Notes: generated by a model from the letters alone, not told the origin. Shown: positions 19,046-34,100, numbered from the stretch's first letter. The stretch: DNA of 64,000 nt from Trichoplax sp. H2 (GCA_003344405.1 NOWV01000017.1:1-64000); one strand, 5' to 3'. Translations and numbers: made by a program.

Positions 19046-22000
19046 TGCTTGTCTTATTCAGGAAAGATCTTTTGAAGGCGCTAAAAACAGTTTCCAATCT
19101 TACTCTGTGTAATTGATAAAATGTAAAGGTTTTAACTGCAGACTTGGCTTAAATTAATTTACTACAGCATGCAGCTTAAAATATCAAGCGCTATAACGAT
19201 CTATTTGCTGTTCGATTTTGATTTTAAGTACTGTATATTGTTCTAACTGTTAACTTATCTGTAATAGACAGGCAATTGCATATCAACAATTTTTAGGTAC
19301 TTCTAGATAGCATTCTATAGTTTAATCTGATTAATTATAATAAGCGATTCCAATGCATTTTTTACTATTAAGTGCTAACAATATCTTGAATAACAATATA
19401 TACGGTCATAAATTACAATCTACAACTTCAAAGATATTATAATTAATTAATAAAAATGAGAGATTCATATAATTTTAATATATATGAGAGTATTGGTTTC
19501 GTGTATCACCCTCATGCAATTTTATAAACGAAAGTATGGCACACATACCGAAAATAATTTGGTAGGCCTAGCCCAATTTTATGCCATCTAGACTGAACAA
19601 CTCTGTTCTCCGTGAGTAATGCAAGTTATCAATTGATATTATATCGATCAATCTAAAAGAATAAGTATGAATAAGCTTCGCAATATGACTTCAATCGATT
19701 ACAGCGTATCGTAATTCAGAGAGATCGACTAAATGAATGTTCAATTTGAAGGGGTGTTTCCATCGTTATTATTGGACAAAATTTAGGCAGCTAACATATT
19801 GTCAATTCAATGACGAAGGTCACTCTGAATGAGGATATACGGTTCCAGCAGAAAAGTAGAATAAATTGTACCTGATTAGTCATCATATCTGCACATACAG
19901 GGTATACTAAAGGATTCGATGTAGATAGTTAAAAGCGGTTTGACATTAGAATCTTTTACTATTATGTACATTAAACTATCTGCCATATTTATAGCGTCAT
20001 TATTACCAATTTTTGCCTTACAGAATTACCTTAAAATCATAATGAAGGAACCTTTTTGATTGCCGGTTTAATTTATTCGAAGTTTACGTTGCATTCAGTA
20101 TAAGCGTGAGTAGAGCCAGTTACTTATGAGTAGCGTAATGGTAGCAGTCTTGGAGTGGAATGAAATAGTCCTGTAGGTATGGCGGGTATTTTCGGAAGTG
20201 TTTTGCTTTCCTATCATTGACTTTTTGCAGTGGAATTTGTACATACTCCATGTTTATCGAATTGGAAATCTATAATTATATTATAAGTATTAACGATATA
20301 GCAAGTATTTTCGTTACGCACATGTTCAAATGTACCTACTATTGCAGCCATTTATTCCAGGCAGATCAATGTAGTGGTAAAATTTTTACATGATTTGAAA
20401 GTGTAATCGCAAGTTGTTTCCGACTCAAATTGACATCAAAACAAATTCAACTAAACTGCTAACTATATGCTATCGGTGGTAATACGTAGTATATGCTTGA
20501 TCAATACTTACTCTGTGCCAAATTCTTCAAAGGCACATGACTTACAAGCGATAGGCTGAGGGACAATTGTCGATATTTGAATACCTTAACAATACTTCTG
20601 GCTAATTACCAAAACTCGTTTATACGGTTTTACCTAAATTTTAAAACTTATTACTTAAGCGGAAACAAGAGTCGCTATAGTTTTTTATAAAGCATCTCAA
20701 AATGGATTCGCTGTAAAGGAATTATTACTACTAACGCTTTCATGGAAATCGCTTCTTACTTTTAAAATGTTTTCATAAAATGCCATAGAAATAAATCCTT
20801 TATCATCAAGTCAATTACTATCATCGCTGCAAATGTTTGACATTACAATGATCTCTTGTTGTTATCTTTTAATATTGTGAAATTCTCAAATATACTACAG
20901 GGAAAGAATATAATCAATGACATGGATAGTGGAAAGAGGATTTATGTTTTTCTATATATTTTTATTACTTAGACATCTAATTTGTTTGATATTGTTTTAA
21001 TTGATATGAAAGAAAAGAATACTTTACTTGCAATAATATATATGGTATTATATCCAGCCCAATACAAACCGTTATTGTTATACGGTGCTATTATTAAGAA
21101 TACAAAATATGTAGCAATGGCTAAATAGTAAACATTCAGTCCAAAGTTATGAATAAAATTAATCAATTATTCATTGACCCAACTAATTACGATTAGTAAT
21201 TATAATACCGTGATTATAAGTCCATAGTATACCAATGCTATATGATCAGACACCACTGGTCAAATTTCGAACTTACTTCAGTCATAGCTCACAAGCATGT
21301 GAACTAACTGATTCCAAGTTAGAAGATCATTGCAGTTTTTGCTGAAATAGGAACCATATATGGATAGAAAGGTGACCAACTAATTCGATATGAGCATCAG
21401 TTCTTTATAACTTCATCAAAACGAAGATTAAATGATACCCTGATGTCCTATTTTACAAGTCTAATATGTAACGGTGTTGATTATTTCACGATGGTCTATT
21501 TACTTCGTTTTGACGAGAGAAAATGCATTACTCCATGCTTATTATGCTACCAGTTCATACTTGTGTAAAGACCACTTAATTCCTAACATTTAAACTTTAG
21601 TGTTCCGTTTACTGTACTTTAATCTTCAAATACTTTTTTTGCTTTGCAATATTATCTATCTTTTATCGATGCAGATAATTAGAAACAATTTTAACTGAAA
21701 ACATCATGTCTTCTTTTACTTCCCTCGGTAATAACCTTAAAATCTGTATCATGTGATCCTAAGATCTTGTCCTTGATGGAACTCAATTTAAGTTATTTCT
21801 GCTCATTTGATACAAAAAATGAACGCTAACTAATGCGCAACAGTCTATAGGATAGTCCTCATTCGTAAAACAAGGCAGTTACTTTAATGAATGAGCTTCA
21901 CTTATTGTTAACACAATCCTCATCACTGATCGATCCTGTTTCTCAAAGATTGACTTAATTAAAAGAGGTAAAATTACCAACATCATTTACTGCCGATACC

Positions 22001-22451
22001 TAGCATTCACTCAAGGATTTAACTAATCCAATGAGAATAATATCTTTTGTAATAATATCTTCATAATTCTAATATAAAGACCTTGTATAAGTTTTTAAAC
22101 ACTTTCTTTGACGTGACTTCCTGAATTTCAATCCCTCAAAATTCGAAACTGAACCTTTTCGATGTTATAATATATTAATTGCATAGCGGGTTGTAAAAAT
22201 TGCAAGGGATAAACAACTGAAGGATAATTAGAAATTGTAAAGATGTACATGTATCAGGTGATAGCTGATTAAGATTTTTCGTTTCTAGTTGTTTCTCTAA
22301 TATGAATTTTTAATAAGGAATTAATGTTATTCTTAAGTTTTCATTATCTAGTTGGTGTTTGCTGTAGATTAACCAATCTCTTATACTTTGATATTTACTA
22401 GGTTGAATTGGATCCATTCCATAAAATAGATCTATTATTAAATTCCTCGTA

Positions 22452-25400
22452 ATGGCCCCTTTAAGAGCATTTGCTATTGAATGGAATGTAGCCAGTGATG
22501 ACTTTGTTTGTGCAGGCTTTACTGGTTTCATCGTTCACCTCATTGGGTTAGTAACATGAAGACAAATGGCAATTGGAGCGGTCTAAACAGCTAGTTCCAT
22601 AAAGAAGTTCTATAAAACTACTGAGTCTTATTTGCCTATACTGATATTAACATTAGTAGTGCTCTGGCACCTTTTTTTAAATAGCAATCATAAAATAAAT
22701 CATCCTTCTTCGTTTGTAATATTAGGAAAAATTCTAAGTTACTAGGTTAAATAATTCACATTCATACCTTAAGGTAGTATTAGGTCGTATAGTAATTGAA
22801 GTAAAAAGCTGATAAAAGTATTTACGTAGAAATAAGCTAAGAGATTAATATAGTTATAATTATTGCCTTTCATTCTATTACTACAGTATTATAAACTTTG
22901 TTATCTTCTTACTTTAGGATCATCCTGTTAGCTATAGGATACTCTTTCTATCAACGAGTTTTTGCTACCTGCTCATGCTGCATAATTCTACAAATATTCT
23001 TGATTGGGATGCTGATTATTACCTCATGGCTAGCTATAGCTGATTTTGGAATCGGTTGGGTCAGCAGTCAAGGTAGCATCTCTTCCCCTGGGTTGAGGCG
23101 TTATTTACCATATTGGTTGTACTTTAGAGCCTTATTAACCATACCTGAAGTAATATGGGTCAGCCTTGGTACCTATTGGGCGTTCTATTCTAATAGTAGT
23201 CCTTGCTTACAGCTAGAAAGCGATTTATTAAAGATTGCTGTCATTGTGGAATGGTGTCTTATTACGTTAATTATCCTTATATTGCCTTGCGCAATCTGTC
23301 CTCCAGCACGTTCTAAGCCCAATCAGCTATCAGGTTCACCACTTTGCTAAAATGATGTTCGCTGATGCTTAATTTATTTTAATTTAGTTTGCAATTATGA
23401 TAATTTTAAATCTTTATCCAATTAGGTGATCAAGCTCGTCGTGCATTGAAAAGATTATTTCGCTGTCTCTTCTGTTATCGTGATTTAGACAATCATCCAT
23501 CATCAAATCGTCAATGTCTCTGCTGTTTACCATTGCTATGTATATCTTGTTTACCCAATTATTGTCAATGCGATCAATCTGATGGAAGCGAGGATGGAAT
23601 TTATGCCGCTATGAGCGAAGTCCTTACTTCTATTTTCTATGATATGAACACGGCTCCAAGTGATATTGCAGCAGGCTTAGTCTTAGTTAATAGGCAGCAA
23701 AAGAAAGACCAATTACGACATGAAGTTCAGGTACAGTGATTTCAAAATTAGATTATGGTATTAACTACGAGTACAGTTGATTACGTCAGCTTAGAACTTC
23801 TAGACTTGCCTTTCGTCGAAGTTCTAGCTACTGAAATCGCATTAATATTGTACATTTCTATGCGTATTACTTCAATATGTTCTTCATAAATTAGTTTAAT
23901 TGGCTAGAAACCAAATTGCTAGTTGTTAAAAGTATACCTCGGCGGCGCAATACTGAATCAAACGCTTTACTGCTATATATTTATAATAATATATCGGCTC
24001 TTTATACGTCCGTAAATTCAGTTCAAATGTGAGACGTGTAGTATATCCAATATATCCCTTTATATCTCATCTTCAAGTACCGTTGCATATCGCAGCCAAA
24101 TTTGTAGTTGTAACTACTACATGGAAATCTGGTTAATATTTAATTATCTAGGAGCCGAACAGCGTACTACAAGAAACGATGCTAGTATAAGTGCATGTAG
24201 TATGGATCAGATTTACAAATTGAGGATGCTTCTTCTCATCGTTTACGCCCACATTGATAACAAGGGATGGACACAGATTGGGATATTTTTACTTGCCTAC
24301 TTACTAATTTATAGCTAGTGGTATCCGCACTAATACTCTACGATCGGTTTACTACACCGCAACGAATTAAGTCATTAGTAATGCATCTAAAATCTTTGAT
24401 TTTTCCAATATTTAGGCGGCAACTATTACCAGAAACAATCGAAAAGCGTTAACAAAGTTTGATTATAACACATACGTAAGACATTACACTGTCGCTATTT
24501 CAGCGAAATATGAATGTTACATACGTATATAAATAACACTAACCTTAATTTTAAACTATAGGATGACCGTAAAGTCTTAAGCGATTTATGTTATTATTAT
24601 GATTACACGACTGCAATTTATGGCTGGCCATTATACCTACTAAAAAATTCGATATGCCATCACGGAGCTATATGCTCTCTTTGTCGGTAAGCTTATTGCA
24701 CTATTTACTGAGTTATAATTTGAAGTTAACATTAATTTCCTCTGTCGAAGTATTTAATTACTTACGCATCAAAATGGTGTTATTTCCTTTCCGAAATATA
24801 TAAATATCTTAAACGAACTGGTTAATAAAATCTATCTAATGTATTTATTTACGATCACCGTAATAACCATTATTTTCTAGGTCATGTTGTTTTGAAAGGT
24901 CATCCTCACAAGAAACTATAATTATAGAGGATAATTCTTGCCACTGCAATCAAACGGCAGTAAGAGGATTAATTCAGCAAAAAGCATACGAAGTGCTTTA
25001 TGCCAGCTACAGGAACAAAGTAAGATGTCTTACGAAAATATGTTGTAGTGCGCTATACTCTACTTATAGATTGCAGTAGTACATAGTGACCTCCCTGTTG
25101 CTTTTAAAAACTGCTATACATCCATTGCTGCGTTACAACGATAAAAATCACATATACCTCCGGAGTAATTAGTTGTTCTGTTCGTTTCCTTTTCTTCATT
25201 ATTTGCACAGTATGCAATTCCTAGTAGCTATTAGACAAACGATTAACTTATTAATAGACATAAAAGATTATCCATATCATTAGCTATCAATTAGGTCGTT
25301 AAATTAACTATTGGTTGATAAAACGAAAATTGGACATCATTTTTACTAACTATAAGCCCCTCCTCTTCAGAAGCCGATTGTTACTCCGGCAGCAAAGAAT

Positions 25401-28001
25401 ATACATTTTTTAATTTTTACATATTCGTGGGTCACTGTATAATAGTTAGTGCATTCCACTACATGAGAATTTCGAATCTCAAGTAGCTCTCTCTCAGACG
25501 TATTAATAAAAATTAAAAACTATTAATGTTAATGGATCAAGCAGAATACTTCAGTAAAGATTATATTATTGTACACTTTACCATTTCATATGCACATAAC
25601 TGCTGATAAGCATTCTAAACAATATAAAGTTTAATCAAACTTTCACCTTTCCAGCTATATGAAACGCCTTTTTTACTTGCTGTTGATCATTCTCGTAAGT
25701 CGGTAGTTGTATCCATTCGTGGTACATTGTCATTGATTGATCTAGCTGCTGATATGATTGCTACACCAATAAAGCTCTTGGTTGACGGTGTAGAAGATGC
25801 TTATACACACCAGGTATGGAAGACTTTATTCAGTGTTAAGAGTAACGAAAAAACTGAAGTCAAATTATGGGTTCTAAATATGCTTAATCCTTAAATCTAA
25901 ATACGAAAATATCTGCCTACATACGTATAATTGATTGATTATTTAAATTTGGGTAGGGAATTACTAAGTGTGCTGAAAATATCAAGCAGAAGTTAGATGA
26001 AAACAATCTACTAGCAATCGTTATGAAACAGCATTCTGTAAGTGATTACAGATATGTAGTAATGTATACAACTAGATTATATAATTAAATTTATTAATTT
26101 GGAAACCCACCTTTAGTAGAAACTATCATATTGAAGTGATAAGGTATTTAGCTTTACAAGTTATGCACTTTACATATTTTACGCACTTATAAACACTGCA
26201 TCAAGCATACAAACATCCTAATACTTAATAGTTGGCAATGACTTCAGTGATAGAAGTACCTTTGAAAGTTAATCATTTAACCGTAAATGTAATCGACTAG
26301 TGATCTATATACATGAACCATTTATGTCATTCTTATCCGTAGAGTAATATAAAATAGCCTTCGTAGTAATAAGAAATCATAGCCGAAAGCTGAACCAAAA
26401 CTTGTGATTATCTAATTAATTCAATTTCACCTGAAATTGCTAAAATATTATTATCGTTTTGTAACTATTAAAATTTGTAATTACAGAGCTACCGACTTAT
26501 TATTACTGGACATTCATTGGGTGCTGGTGCAGCTGCTATTCTATCAATTCTTCTTCGACGTGATTATCCCAAATTGTTATGTTACGCATATTCTCCACCT
26601 GGCGGCCTTGTGAGGTGGGTACTATATTTACGATGATTCTTTATTACCATAAGCGACATATAAAAATTAAGCTATTAACGGCTTTATTGCTAACTGAAAT
26701 CATTAATTACCTAGCTCGTCACTTCGTACATATACGGAAGGGTTTATCGTATCTATGGTTGTCGGCTACGACGTTATTCCAAGGTACGAAGATAAGTTAT
26801 AGTACATGAGTACGCCATTTAATTATACAATCATTGCTTATTAATCACTGTAATTTATTACCTCGTAAATTTTTGCATTGTTTAGATTGAGCAGACAGAA
26901 CCTTCGTAAGTTACGCCATGAAATATTAACACAGCTTCAAGATTGTCCTTTACCAAAGGTAATTTTTAATATTTCGCACTTTTGAGTTGAAAGCGCTTGG
27001 TACTAATAATTATTAATAAGTGATAGCTTAATATACGGAGTTAGGCTTTTCTAAACGATAATTCCTTTTTATTACACCCAATTACGGCATGCGTTAAAGC
27101 ACTAAATTATGAAATTTTGTCCATTTAGATGCTACGTAATCTCATTATTAATTTTAATTCATATTAATTAATTTAGTATAAAATTCTGTCTACCAGTCGC
27201 TGCTGCTGCTGTTGCTGTTGCGCACAGTTTACACTGGGCTGTTTATTGAATTGTACGGAAGCTGATCTCGAGAATGGGCAACCACCTGTTAATTCATGTA
27301 AAATATAAAACAGTATTTGATTTAGTGTAACAGCTATTTCATGTTATCAAAACATTGCAAGTATTGATATCTGTCGTTCAATTATAGATACATTGCCGGA
27401 TTCGGATATTATTGAACTTTTTCCGCCTGGAAAGATCGCGTACCTTACCGATAACCGGCACTTTAAGTAAGAGCATGTTACCTGATACGATGCTTCTATG
27501 AGAACTGTTACTAATAATTAATGATTACCTAAGAGTAGATTGTTGTAAATTATGCATTTGTTTTATCTGCCTGCAATGTACTTAAAAATTAGCTAGTAGT
27601 TTAAATTTTATATCGAAATATTCGAGCATCGTAGATATTGGATCCTCTTACGATAACATTTTATTAAAGGTAGCTAATAGTCATCTCGATGCCAAATACA
27701 AGCTGTATATAAGATAATCACTTCTACTCAGATTTAGTAGATATGAAACAGATATGAAAAAACATATTTTTTTACTGCTTGCATAAAGAACACTTACAAT
27801 TTTTCGTCGCATTTTATTGATCATAGTACTACAGAAGAAACTGGGCACACAGCTTATTGGAGTGATCATCTTGTCTTTGATAAAATTTTAATGGCTGGGG
27901 CCATGATGTCCGATCATCGGCCACTTCAAGTCGGTAAAGCTTTAAATGATATTTCCGACATGTTATCACAATGCCAGGTTAAATTCGTTACCACTGTTTA
28001 A
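22452..28001 (+). CDS. DAGL: Diacylglycerol lipase paralog 2 (divergent, Cys-rich), ~14 coding exons
   Basis: Exon 1 at 22452-22546 reads [21 protein letters not shown] exon at ~22918-23331. Further motifs: [29 protein letters not shown]...[21 protein letters not shown]...YAYSPPGGL (~26487-26614); [16 protein letters not shown]. Last exon has MMSDHRP...FVTTV, with TAA at 27999-28001. Confidence 0.92.
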
Positions 28002-31000
28002 TTTTTTAATTCACGGTATTCCATCACAGTTTTATTGATATCACTACAATTATGATCTCTTCTGACTTAAATTTTACTATGATATATGATCTAATTTCTT
28101 CAAAATTTAAGTATCTCACTGGAAGTATAAAATTACAAGAGCCATATATGTTAAACAGAAATAATTTTTTGTCCTGTACGTATTTTTATATGACGTTGCC
28201 ACTCTTGAAAAAATTATATAACAAACTTTTTCTAACAATCATGGTACAACATCATCACTTCTCGCCCGACTTATAAATCACAACTACATTTGACTCTTTG
28301 CTTTAGTTAAAATTTATATTGTTTAGGTTCACTATTTGCTGCCGGTAATTTACTGCTTGCATTGGAAACAAATTATCTACACGTATAGATCCGAAATGAA
28401 GATTAAGTTAATCTGTGATACATTTTCAAAACACAATTCAGCCTTAATAATAGGCTATATATGATTTTATTATAACCTTCGAATAGCTATTTAAATCTCT
28501 TTTTATTACCTTGATTTAAAAATTAAATGCCATGCCAATAAATATTAATGTCATAACACTAATCTGCTAATCTATGCTTCTACAAGCAAGCTCATATTGA
28601 TCAGAAGTTGGAAAACTTGGCTTAGATCAGTAGAATCCGAAGGCATTGGAACAATTGTGTGTACCTGCATTTAAGAGATTAAATACATACTCAATATGCC
28701 CTTTACTTAACATCCTTTGATTATACCTTCAATAGACTTAACTCTCTAAAGTAATTTCCCTTGATAGCGGTGAAAATTCCATTTACGGTATACATTGGGA
28801 CAATTAGGAGTTTAATTAAGCAGGAGAAACCTATTTTACGAATTGTAAAATGCTAGCGCGCAATATAATCACAATTTACGCTTGAGATGAGTTCTCGTAT
28901 ACATACCGTAGTGTAGACGAAATAAAACTTTGAATGAAACAGGCCCTATGGCTAGACATATACAGTACAAAATTCCGACTACAAAATATCAATTAACACA
29001 AAAAGTTGCTACCGAAACTAATTACAAAAAGATGACGTACTTTGCAATATATGATACTGCAAATAGTTACCGAAGATAATTACAGCTTTTAAAAACATCC
29101 AAAAATACAGCATTAAGGAAAATCAGGCTACACTATGCCCAAGCTTTTCTCCAATTGGTCAGCAGTGGGATTTATCTTTGTTAGGCGTACAACTCCTATA
29201 ACTTCAAGGATACGAAGATATTGAATTGACTTTTCATTAACGAAATGATATATTGTAAGTGATCCTCATATGAGTAAATCTAATGAATGATCGTCTCAAA
29301 ATCACTTATAGGTAAAATGACTAAAATTAAAATTAAAATCATGTACTAAACCTTACTTGTAACGACTAGTAAATAATCTTTTCAAATACAGTAAACCGAT
29401 GCAAGCTGATAATAAGCTTTTGACCTTTAGCATAATTATAATAGATTGTAAAGCGATCTTAATAAGAAAAGTCTTAATAAATAATTAATTTTAAGATCAT
29501 GCAGGTCCTAAAATAGATCAAGATTAAGTTAAACTTATTTATCAAATATCTCATTCGAATGGGATGGTAGTTCAAATTTTTCAAGAATTGAAACTAAATG
29601 CATACCCTCATATGCAAAGATCTGTCTGCGCCTTATGATTTATTACAGTTGTACGCCTATCATACCCGAAAATAATTAGTATAATTATTTTCGTTTAAAA
29701 ATTATGAATCTTAGTACAGTCTATCTGTCATTTACTTCGGGATCGTCCTTATTTTGAATCAAGCATTGTAGTATAGATGGACCGCTTTAATTTCCTTAAC
29801 GAAGTCTCTTCGATTTAATTATTATAAATTAGTGTAATTCATTAATAGCGAGTGCACTTTAAGCAAATTAGATGGTGTTAACGTGACAGCTTTCTTACAA
29901 TTCGTTATTAAGTAGTAATCAATCGTTAGTGGTTTGATTTCTAACGCCTGAAGATAATACAATTTGAACAAGAAATTGTTTCTTTTGATACCGGCAGTTT
30001 GAATAATTAGTCCATGTAAAGAATTTTATACATTGAACGTTATTCTTCTCGAAATTCGCTACAAGTTATTAAAACATGCATGCTTTTTTAAACGGAAATA
30101 AAAATCACAATCATCGGATAGTAATTCCACTAATATACAGAAGTCAGATACAAGATGATTAATAATGATCAGTTACGAAATTGATATGAATTAAAATTAA
30201 AATTATTTCTTTGAATTGCAATATATTAGCGTAAACGACTATTTCGATGTTTCTATCTTATCACATTGACTACAACACATCAGAAAAAATATTGACGTAT
30301 TGTCTATTAGTAAGATCATCATTCTTGTTACTTCGATAAAATTTTAATGGCAGATACTACGACAAATATTATTCCATTCAAGTGAATAAGCCTTTAAATT
30401 GTATATTTAAGATGTTATTTTCCATATCGAGTAATCGATTGGTTACTGTTTAATTATTCAATTTCTTAATATGCTTATATAATACTTTGATGTCGAGATA
30501 ATAATACCATACTTAATAGTCTAATAATTTGTTTTATTATGACAAATAATAATATAAATTCTTAAAAAATAAACTTTAGATATCTAGTTGAAATATGCAT
30601 ATTTTTACAGTCATACAAACTGTACAGAACTAATTTTTACCGTTTGAGGATTTTTACACGATACTATCATATTTGAAAATAAATATCACTGTAACAATTT
30701 TTCGGTAAAGTTTGGTATTATTTTCATCTAAATTATAAAATATAACAAAACTGGCTATAACACACGGTGATGCTAAGTGCAAATTAACATTATTTAGTTT
30801 CACTAATTGCTGCAGTTATTTCAAATTATTCACATGTACATGATCAGAAAATTAAAATCAATCTTAATTTGCGATTTGTTTCTAGTTTAGTATGATTTTT
30901 TGTTATAGTTATATACTATAACAAATTTATAAAAAGTCTTCAAATAATCATCGTAATTTCTGCTGATTACCATGGTTGTAAAATGTTATGCAACGCATTA

Positions 31001-31146
31001 TAGTGTCAATCTGTTAATATAACTGTGTACTGTAGCGGTAGAGACTTTATTACAGTATGTTTTCTTTAATGATTATATTCATAGCTAATATTCTGGAAAT
31101 TGATTCATGAATTGTAAATATCAACAAGCGATAAATTTCATTGGTT

Positions 31147-34100
31147 TTATATTGTAATCTCGGTATCAAAATTATGAGGGTACTGATCCATCAAGTGTAA
31201 TAGTGCATCACAAATTCCATCAGGGAAGTGATCTCCAATCATACCACTTGTAACAAGTAAAGCGTCAAATGCTGTAAAATCACTCCAAAATGCTTTATAT
31301 GTTGGTTTCGAACCACATGATCTATTAATATACCATCAACATGAAATTAAACAATTATTATGACAACTTTAATGAAGAACTTTGCATTGCACATAAGCTA
31401 CTCATGCACTTGCCATGGGATTGTTGATAATTACTAAGTTACTTACGTAAGGATTATGCAATAAACATAGTAATGTTACTATAAAGAAATAGACGAATGT
31501 ACAGTAGCTCATACTGTACCTCGATGGCTGATCTTCCAAAACGTGGACTATTCGACCAGGAAGAAATAAATCGATATCTGTTACATTACGGATAGCACCA
31601 AAAGAGCCAGAACCCACTCTAGCAGCTGTTAAAAGTGGTATAACCTCCTCTACTGTACTGTTACCACTATCATTTTCGTTATCACTGTTAATTGTGACAT
31701 TATCCAGATCGATATCATTTCCTATACAGCACTGGCAGCAAGTGGTAGCAAGACAGCAGCAGCCTGTCATTAAAACTTGATACTGGTAAGTAAAATAAAT
31801 AATAGGATCGGTAGATTAGCACCGCAAATTTTGTATCAATAGTTTTAAATTTTTAGAAATAGCACTGTCATGTTACGCTCATGTACGAAAATTTAGTGCA
31901 CCTTGGGTCGTCTGCAGAATCGAATGCAGGCCATAATAGATGATCGCAATTTCATTACATTTTGAAGACTTAATCTTAGCGAATAAAAATGCCGTACTGA
32001 TAATTAAATTTTTACAAAAGCGATAATTTTAAAACACTATCAGTTCAATTACCTTGGAACTAAATCATTTCTATATATTGCTGAGGTTACCAATTTTTGG
32101 CTGTATTTTGAAAGTGGTATGCTTTGGAATAAATTGATGATGTGATGTAAATGAGTAAAGCAATTCATGATAAATTTTTTGAATTTTAAGTGTTAAATTT
32201 GAATTAATAGCGATATACTAACCTCATTAATCCACCTGGAGGTGAATATGCATAACACGATAATTCCGGAAAAGTAGATTCTAGTAATATAGATAAAATA
32301 GCAGCAGCTCCTGCACCTAAGGAATGTCCAACGATAACTAACTTGAATCCCTAAAAGTTATACAACACCTTATCTTTAACCAACGGATAAATCACTGGAT
32401 ATTTTACAGTAGATCATAAAATCTTTAAAAGTATTAAATAAAAAGATAAAAATATTGTGATGAAAATACTTACACGATAATTATTCATAATAGATCCTAG
32501 ACCTACTTCTTGCTCTAGAAGAATTTTAATCTTCCGAGCACTATTGCAGATACCCTATTATAATTTTGGGCCACACACAAATTTATAACATAACTGAATA
32601 CCTATTACTATATTTATCTACACAATATTGTAAACCAACCGAGTGAGCATAAGCATCCTCTACACCATCGATGTTTATCTCTTCAGGCAAAGCACGTAAA
32701 TCTGTTAACGCGTCATGTAACGATAACGTACCACGAATGCTGACAACAATCGATTTAGTGAACCGATCAATAGCCACGAAAAATGGAAGTTCATAATCCT
32801 GCCATAGATTTACGTATAGAATCAGTCTTAGTTACCATTAAAGGATATTAATCTAGTACTTAAAAAATATCACTACAGCACACCGCCTAATTATACTGTT
32901 CAGTTGTTATTACTCATCTTGGATATACAGTATCCTTTAATTGTTACCTTATCGATGTAGCGAGCGTACAAAATATCTTCTCTATTTAATTTGGTTGAGG
33001 CACGTATACTAGCATAGTTACAAGAGCAACAGTTGTCCCCAACAACTGGAAGATCATCTCTTGACTTTCGAATGCATGAGCAGCAGCTTTTATACAATTA
33101 ATAAAAATAAGACATCCCATTAACTAATACGACGTAATCGTTTAGGATATTTGCTGTCATTGCACCATAATTAAATTATTGTTGGACTCAAAAATGTCAG
33201 TTCAGTAATTCAAAGAATAAACTAAAGTGTATGTTAGTTACCGATAATATCGGCACAACGAACATTGACTAGATATCATGTTATGATATACATAGAATGG
33301 CCAGCCATAAGCTGCTTTGGCATAATTCGCATAATGTGTTAAGTTCCATAAAGTCATTTGATCCTCCTACGAAGCCAAAAGGAATAAATACTGATATGAA
33401 ATAAAGTACCATATAACATGGATCTGGAATAATCAGTTATACTTAATAAAGTAATAGCCGATTAGGGTTAGCCAATTCATTACTCTATACGAACATTATG
33501 ACGAGCAACTACAAATGGCGTGTACGATTTCATTCAATCTTATCCAAATAGACTAGTCTTATACCTTTCTACTCATATCAAATGGATTCATAACCAATTT
33601 ATTATTTCTTGTTAAGCTGCCATTCTATATCAAATTGAAATTTTCAATATAATTTATTCACCTTCAGCTATATTTTAATTTTGGCTGCTACGTCACTCAT
33701 AATCTCTGTCTATTAATTTCTAACATTTGCTAACCTTGATTTCAGCCAAGAGTTGAGAATCTTCCTGTTGGCGATGAACTAGTACTAAGCCTGCCGCAAT
33801 ATCCGATGGAACTGTACCCATGTTGAGAAATACAGAAGCGAATAATGCACCAAGTTCACTATAAGCTTGCCCGTCAGTATCTGCTTGCGCGCAACAACAG
33901 ACTATACGACAGCGCCTTTCCCATACACGCTGGGCCCTTTCAAGCTCCTCTTGTCCTATAATATAATCATGTGTATTTAGTTTCGGCTGTGATCAAATTC
34001 ACGATTCTCTTAACAATCATTCACTAAATATTTGATGTTATTAATAGGATAATGAAGAACGACTAACCGAAGCGACCATCTAAAGGCAATGATCCCAAAG

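Noticed and set aside
28570-28665. Possible minus-strand terminal exon (VHTIVPMPSDSTDLSQVF...) between DAGL2 and DAGL3
   Set aside because: No linked upstream exon or homology could be established.
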